A stretch of 40,670 nucleotides of DNA, taken from positions 1 through 40,670 of the forward strand of contig JBKPBJ010000029.1 in NCBI GenBank assembly GCA_046726875.1, given 5' to 3'. Positions 36,316-40,670 of the stretch are shown here, one piece after another (positions within the stretch are counted from its first letter, which is position 1; every line of letters starts with the position of its first letter). The notes beneath the pieces were generated by a model. The model had not been told where the DNA came from, did no database searches, and saw nothing but the letters and a program-made list of their open reading frames with translations. Made by a program: the position numbers and the translations under genes. This DNA comes from Verrucomicrobiota bacterium (GTDB lineage: Bacteria; Verrucomicrobiota; Verrucomicrobiia; Chthoniobacterales; UBA10450).

Positions 36316-39300
36316 CTACTGCCGTTGCTCGGTCACAAGCCAGCGGGAAAGCTTCTCCACCAAAGCCGGGGTAAGATTCACTCTGAACTCAGTGCCCGCA
36401 TCCATTCGCAACGAATTGCCGTTGTCGCGATCAAATAACAGTTGAACCGGCTGACGTCCCGGTGAGCTACTCAAGATATCGCGGACCTGGCGTAACTCAT
36501 CGCCTGTCGTCGCGGATGAAAATCTCAGTAAAATCACCGATTGTACCGATGTATCCGCCGGTTGCTCGGCTGCGCCGTTAGTTGTTCCAAATGCAAAGGG
36601 CTTGATTTCAACGGCCGTAGCTCGGAGCATCTCGTCGCGCCGATCAAGTGTTGCTTTCAGTTCTACAACGCGCCCGGGTACGAGAAGATCCGAGACCTTC
36701 AGATAAACCTCGTTCCACACCACCACCTCCAGCATATCCATCAGATCTTCGACCCAAATAACTGCAAATGGCTTTCCCTCTTTCCTTGTAAATTTTTTCT
36801 CGACCTCTACGATCGCTCCCGCAATCTTGAACTGCGCCCGATCGTCGAGCTCGCCTAACGAAGCGATTGATCGATAATTTTTCGTTGCAAACACGTCGGC
36901 ATAAGCGTCGAGTGGATGGCCGCTGACGTAAAAACCGAGAAGCTCTTTCTCGTACGAAAGTTTCTCGTGTTCACTCCAGGCCCTGACCGGTTGTCGCCTC
37001 GCCACTGTGGCTGCGTGCGTCTCTTCGTCGAAAAGCGAAACCTGGCCAGCGGCACGATCACGCTGCGCTATCGCCGACGCGTTTAGGGATTCATCGATGC
37101 AGACGAAGAGCTCTGCGCGGTCGCGACCTGTAAAATCAAAGGCGCCTGCCTTGATCAGACTCTCTAACATTTTGCGATTGGCCACGCGCGAATCGAGTCG
37201 CGTGCAAAAGTCCTCCAAAGAAGCGAACTGGCCGCGCGCCTCGCGCTCCCGAATGGCCATCGCCATCGCTGCCTCACCGACATTTTTGATCGCAGCCAGG
37301 CCGTAACGAATTGCGCTGTAGCCGGGACCGGTGGTCCCCACGCCGCCATCATCGATGCCGGCTACAGTTTCCGGTGTGAATTTCAAGCCGCTTTTGTTGA
37401 TGTCGGGCGGCAGAATGGAAATGCCCATCCTTTTGCATTCGCCTACGAAAAGGGAAATTTTTTCTGTGTTGTTTATTTCATTGCTCAGCAAACCCGCCAT
37501 GAATTCCACCGCGTAATGCGCCTTCAGGTAGGCCGTGTGATAGCTGATCACCCCGTACGCAGCACTGTGACTCTTGTTGAATCCGTAACCGGCAAATTTC
37601 TCCAGCAAATCGAAAATGGCGTTCGCCTTTTTCTCAGGAATTTTGTTCGTGCGCGCACAGCCCTCGATAAAGTTCCTGCGCTCTTTCGCCATCTTTTCCT
37701 TGTCTTTCTTGCCCATGGCGCGCCGGAGTAGATCGGCCTGAGCGAGCGAGTAGCCGGCGAGTTTGCTCGCAGCGGCCATCACCTGTTCCTGGTAAATCAT
37801 AACGCCGTAGGTGTCCGCGCAGATGTCTTCGAGCAGCGGATGCAGATATTTGATTGGCGTGATCCCCTTTTTCGCTTTCACGTATTCCGGGATCAGCTCC
37901 ATCGGGCCGGGCCGGTACAGCGCGATCAATGCGATGATGTCGTCGAGCTTTTTCACGTCGAACTGTTTCGACAAACTCGTCATGCCGCCGGATTCCATCT
38001 GGAACAGACCGATGGTTTCACCGCGGTTGTAGAGAGCGAACGCAGCGGCGTCATCCATGGGAATATTTTTTAGCGAAAAACCCGGATCACGTTTGCGAAT
38101 CAGCGTGAGGGTATCCTCGATGACGGTCAGCGTTTTTAATCCGAGGAAATCCATTTTTAGGAGGCCAAGGTCGTTAAGGGGCCCCATGGCATATTGGCTG
38201 ATCACATCATTGCCCTTCACATCGCGACAAAGCGGGATGTAATCCGAAAGGTCCCGATCTGCGATGACGACGCCTGCTGCGTGAACGCCAGCGTTCCGCG
38301 ACAAACCTTCAAGAACTTTCGCGTGCTCAAAGAGTTGGCGCGTAGCTGGCTCGGTGGCGACCGCCCTTTTGAGTTCCGCGTTTTTGGCCACTGCTCCGTC
38401 GAGCGTGATGTTCAGCTCATTCGGAATCATCTTCGCGATACGATCTGCGTCGCGATAGCTCCATCCCAGCACGCGGCCCACGTCGCGCACCACACTTTTC
38501 GCCTTGAGCTTGCCGAACGTGATGATCTGCGCGACCCTGCGCTCACCGTATTTTTGCCGAACGTATTCGAGAACCTCGCCGCGGCGCGCTTCGCAAAAGT
38601 CAACGTCTATGTCGGGGGGCGAAACGCGATCAGGATTTAAAAATCGCTCGAAAATCAGCCCGTACTGGAGCGGGTCGATGTCCGTGATACCCAGCACGAA
38701 CGCGACAATCGAGCCTGCAGCCGACCCGCGTCCTGGACCAACCGGGATGCCTTTTTCTTTGGCGAAATGAATGAAATCCCAAACGATTAGGAGATAACTA
38801 ACAAACCCAGTTTTCTCCAGAACGCTCAATTCGTACTCGAGACGCCGGGTTAATTCCGAATCAGCCGTCGCCCGTTCGCCGTATCGCGCGCGCAAACCTT
38901 GGTAGCACAGCTCGCGCAGATATCCTTCGCGCGTTTTTCCAGCGGGGACCGGATACTCCGGGTATTTCGATCGTCCGAATTCAAGATCGAGATGGCAGCG
39001 TTCGCCAACATGCAATGTGTTCGCGATCGCCTCAGGAAAATCGCGAAACACCTGCCGCATCTCGGCCGGTGATTTGAAATATAATTCCGGCAGATAACGC
39101 ATCCGGCTTTCGTCCTGCACCATTTTGCCGGTGCCGATGCAAAGCATCACGTCGTGGGCCTCGTGATCGCTTCGATGCAAAAAGTGCACGTCGTTCGCCG
39201 CGACCAGCCCAACGCCCAGGTCTTTCGCAATCTTTACCAGTTCGGTGTTGCACGTCTTTTGCTCTTCCATTCCATGATCGTGCAATTCCAGGAAGAAATT

Positions 39301-39813
39301 TTCCGTGCCCAGAATATCCCGATATTCAGCAGCGCTCTGTTTTGCTTTCTCGATGTTGTTTGCCTGAATCGCGCTGTTGATTTCCCCCGCCAGACAACCG
39401 ATCAATACAATCAACCCCGCTGCGCGCGCCGCCAGCAGCTCCTTGTCGATCCGGGGCGCATAATGAAAACCATCGAGATGCGCTGCCGTCACCAGCTTCA
39501 CGAGATTGTGGTAGCCAGTCTCGTTTTCGGCAAGAAGCGTGAAGTGATACGCCGAGTCGCGCCGCGATGGTGGCCGGTCCTTGTGCGATCCTGGCGCCAC
39601 GTAAACCTCGCAGCCAATGATCGGTTTCACCCCGACGCGCTGCGCTTCCTGGTAGAATTCGATTACACCAAAGAGGTTGCCGTGATCTGTGATCGCGACG
39701 GCAGGCATCTCGAATTCCGCCGCCTTTTTCATCAACTCCTTCATTCGAATACTTCCATCCAGCAGCGAATATTCGGTGTGCAGATGAAGGTGAACGAAAG
39801 AGTCGCGGGACAT
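36316..39813 (-). CDS. dnaE: DNA polymerase III alpha subunit
   Basis: PHP N-terminus FVHLHLHTEYSLLDG; 1165 aa with polymerase core and OB-fold regions. Its stop is 5 nt from the convergent 34004..36310 stop. Confidence 0.97.
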   Translation of the reverse strand: MSRDSFVHLHLHTEYSLLDGSIRMKELMKKAAEFEMPAVAITDHGNLFGVIEFYQEAQRVGVKPIIGCEVYVAPGSHKDRPPSRRDSAYHFTLLAENETGYHNLVKLVTAAHLDGFHYAPRIDKELLAARAAGLIVLIGCLAGEINSAIQANNIEKAKQSAAEYRDILGTENFFLELHDHGMEEQKTCNTELVKIAKDLGVGLVAANDVHFLHRSDHEAHDVMLCIGTGKMVQDESRMRYLPELYFKSPAEMRQVFRDFPEAIANTLHVGERCHLDLEFGRSKYPEYPVPAGKTREGYLRELCYQGLRARYGERATADSELTRRLEYELSVLEKTGFVSYLLIVWDFIHFAKEKGIPVGPGRGSAAGSIVAFVLGITDIDPLQYGLIFERFLNPDRVSPPDIDVDFCEARRGEVLEYVRQKYGERRVAQIITFGKLKAKSVVRDVGRVLGWSYRDADRIAKMIPNELNITLDGAVAKNAELKRAVATEPATRQLFEHAKVLEGLSRNAGVHAAGVVIADRDLSDYIPLCRDVKGNDVISQYAMGPLNDLGLLKMDFLGLKTLTVIEDTLTLIRKRDPGFSLKNIPMDDAAAFALYNRGETIGLFQMESGGMTSLSKQFDVKKLDDIIALIALYRPGPMELIPEYVKAKKGITPIKYLHPLLEDICADTYGVMIYQEQVMAAASKLAGYSLAQADLLRRAMGKKDKEKMAKERRNFIEGCARTNKIPEKKANAIFDLLEKFAGYGFNKSHSAAYGVISYHTAYLKAHYAVEFMAGLLSNEINNTEKISLFVGECKRMGISILPPDINKSGLKFTPETVAGIDDGGVGTTGPGYSAIRYGLAAIKNVGEAAMAMAIREREARGQFASLEDFCTRLDSRVANRKMLESLIKAGAFDFTGRDRAELFVCIDESLNASAIAQRDRAAGQVSLFDEETHAATVARRQPVRAWSEHEKLSYEKELLGFYVSGHPLDAYADVFATKNYRSIASLGELDDRAQFKIAGAIVEVEKKFTRKEGKPFAVIWVEDLMDMLEVVVWNEVYLKVSDLLVPGRVVELKATLDRRDEMLRATAVEIKPFAFGTTNGAAEQPADTSVQSVILLRFSSATTGDELRQVRDILSSSPGRQPVQLLFDRDNGNSLRMDAGTEFRVNLTPALVEKLSRWLVTEQRQ

Positions 39814-39871
39814 CCGTTTTGAGTATTAAAACGCCAAAGAGTTTTGGCAAATTTGCCTAGGTATCTGCCTT

Positions 39872-39903
39872 CGTTGAAGCGTTAAACGGTTGAAGCGTTG
39901 AAG
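39872..39903. repeat. 8-nt tandem repeat array upstream of dnaE
   Basis: CGTTGAAG CGTTAAAC GGTTGAAG CGTTGAAG. A related inverted word, CGCTTCAACCATTCAT CGCTTTAACCATTCGC, occurs at 40397-40428. Confidence 0.7.
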
Positions 39904-40047
39904 CGAAAATTGCCTCCCAAAGATCCCGCGGACGGCGGCAGATTCCAGGGAGCATATGCGTCACGCGTGTTGGTTTCGGCGTCGCGCCGAAACAATCTTG
40001 GCTTGGAAAATGCCCCGTTCTCCAGCGAGTCATCACTCGCAGTTAAA

Positions 40048-40293
40048 TTACGAATGCATCTGGCCTTCCGCACGTGCAAGCAACGCCGCAATGTCGTCGT
40101 AGCGCAATCCGTGACGCAATCCCAATGGTCGTCCCCTGGTTCGATAACGCTTTGGCAGAGACCTCTTCGAGAGTTCATCGAGCCCAATGCGTAGCCCAGA
40201 ATTAATAACTTCATTAAAGGGCTTCCGAAGTTTTGCCGCGGCTTCTTTGGCTTTAATAGCGACATCGGCGTCCAATACCACCGTGAATCTCAT
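40048..40293 (-). CDS. VapB-like (ribbon-helix-helix type) antitoxin, apparently without toxin partner
   Basis: MRFTVVLDADVAIKAKEAAAKLRKPFNEVINSGLRIGL N-terminus and a ...GLRYDDIAALLARAEG tail resemble antitoxins paired with PIN toxins. No PIN-like frame follows. Confidence 0.5.
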   Translation of the reverse strand: MRFTVVLDADVAIKAKEAAAKLRKPFNEVINSGLRIGLDELSKRSLPKRYRTRGRPLGLRHGLRYDDIAALLARAEGQMHS

Positions 40294-40447
40294 GAAATGA
40301 TCATGGTGCGCTGCGTTCCGCTAATCAACAGCCACTTACGCTCTTGCCTGCCCAGCAGCGGAGACAAACGGACTGCAGAGATTCAACCGGTAATGACCCG
40401 CTTCAACCATTCATCGCTTTAACCATTCGCCAATGATGAAACACTAC

Positions 40448-40670
<223 letters not shown>

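Noticed and set aside
39814-40047. PIN/VapC toxin downstream of the VapB-like ORF
   Set aside because: All three minus-strand frames were read. None begins with the MxxLDTNV-type motif or carries the acidic PIN residues. The interval is partly tandem 8-mers.

Overview
This is a gene-dense chromosomal segment from a diderm (Gram-negative type) bacterium. The intergenic repeat vocabulary and the kdsB-pyrG linkage hint at a PVC/Verrucomicrobia-like soil organism, but that is only a guess. About 39 protein genes can be supported. Most are housekeeping or envelope genes: an overlapping hldA-gmhB-kdsB-pyrG operon; tsaC(sua5)-purE; aroK-queG; a MacA-like adaptor with an ABC ATPase and two FtsX-type permeases; purB; dedA; an MsbA-like exporter followed by an LbH acetyltransferase and an unassigned GT-B-like protein; DoxX-like and OsmC genes; an SRPBCC protein; a soluble PAS-PAS-GAF-GAF histidine kinase with a NarL/LuxR regulator; a Gly/Arg-Ser/Tyr-rich secreted peptidoglycan-binding protein; rnpA-yidD-yidC-jag; ald; yqgE; a DUF4230-like protein with a large AsmA/TamB-like protein; dnaE; a solo VapB-like antitoxin; and the start of glnB. 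I found no rRNA, tRNA, CRISPR array, transposase or integrase. I could not identify a clear novel protein-based system such as a defence island. The unusual content is non-coding. (i) A REP/REPIN-like family with a conserved 5' GTAG has one doublet lying inside the only usable reading frame of the response regulator. (ii) A TTGGAGTG-box + GC hairpin + T-tract unit occurs six times as three inverted pairs. (iii) A multi-hairpin mosaic element is present twice, once splitting the two permease cistrons. (iv) Arrays of 7-nt (once 8-nt) tandem repeats abut or run through the start codons of at least six genes. (v) A roughly 0.9 kb ORF-poor stretch at 21.4-22.3 kb holds an interrupted ORF and a hairpin-dense segment. 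(vi) A strong orphan intrinsic terminator has no gene upstream. All calls come from reading the sequence and ORF translations by eye; no searches were run.
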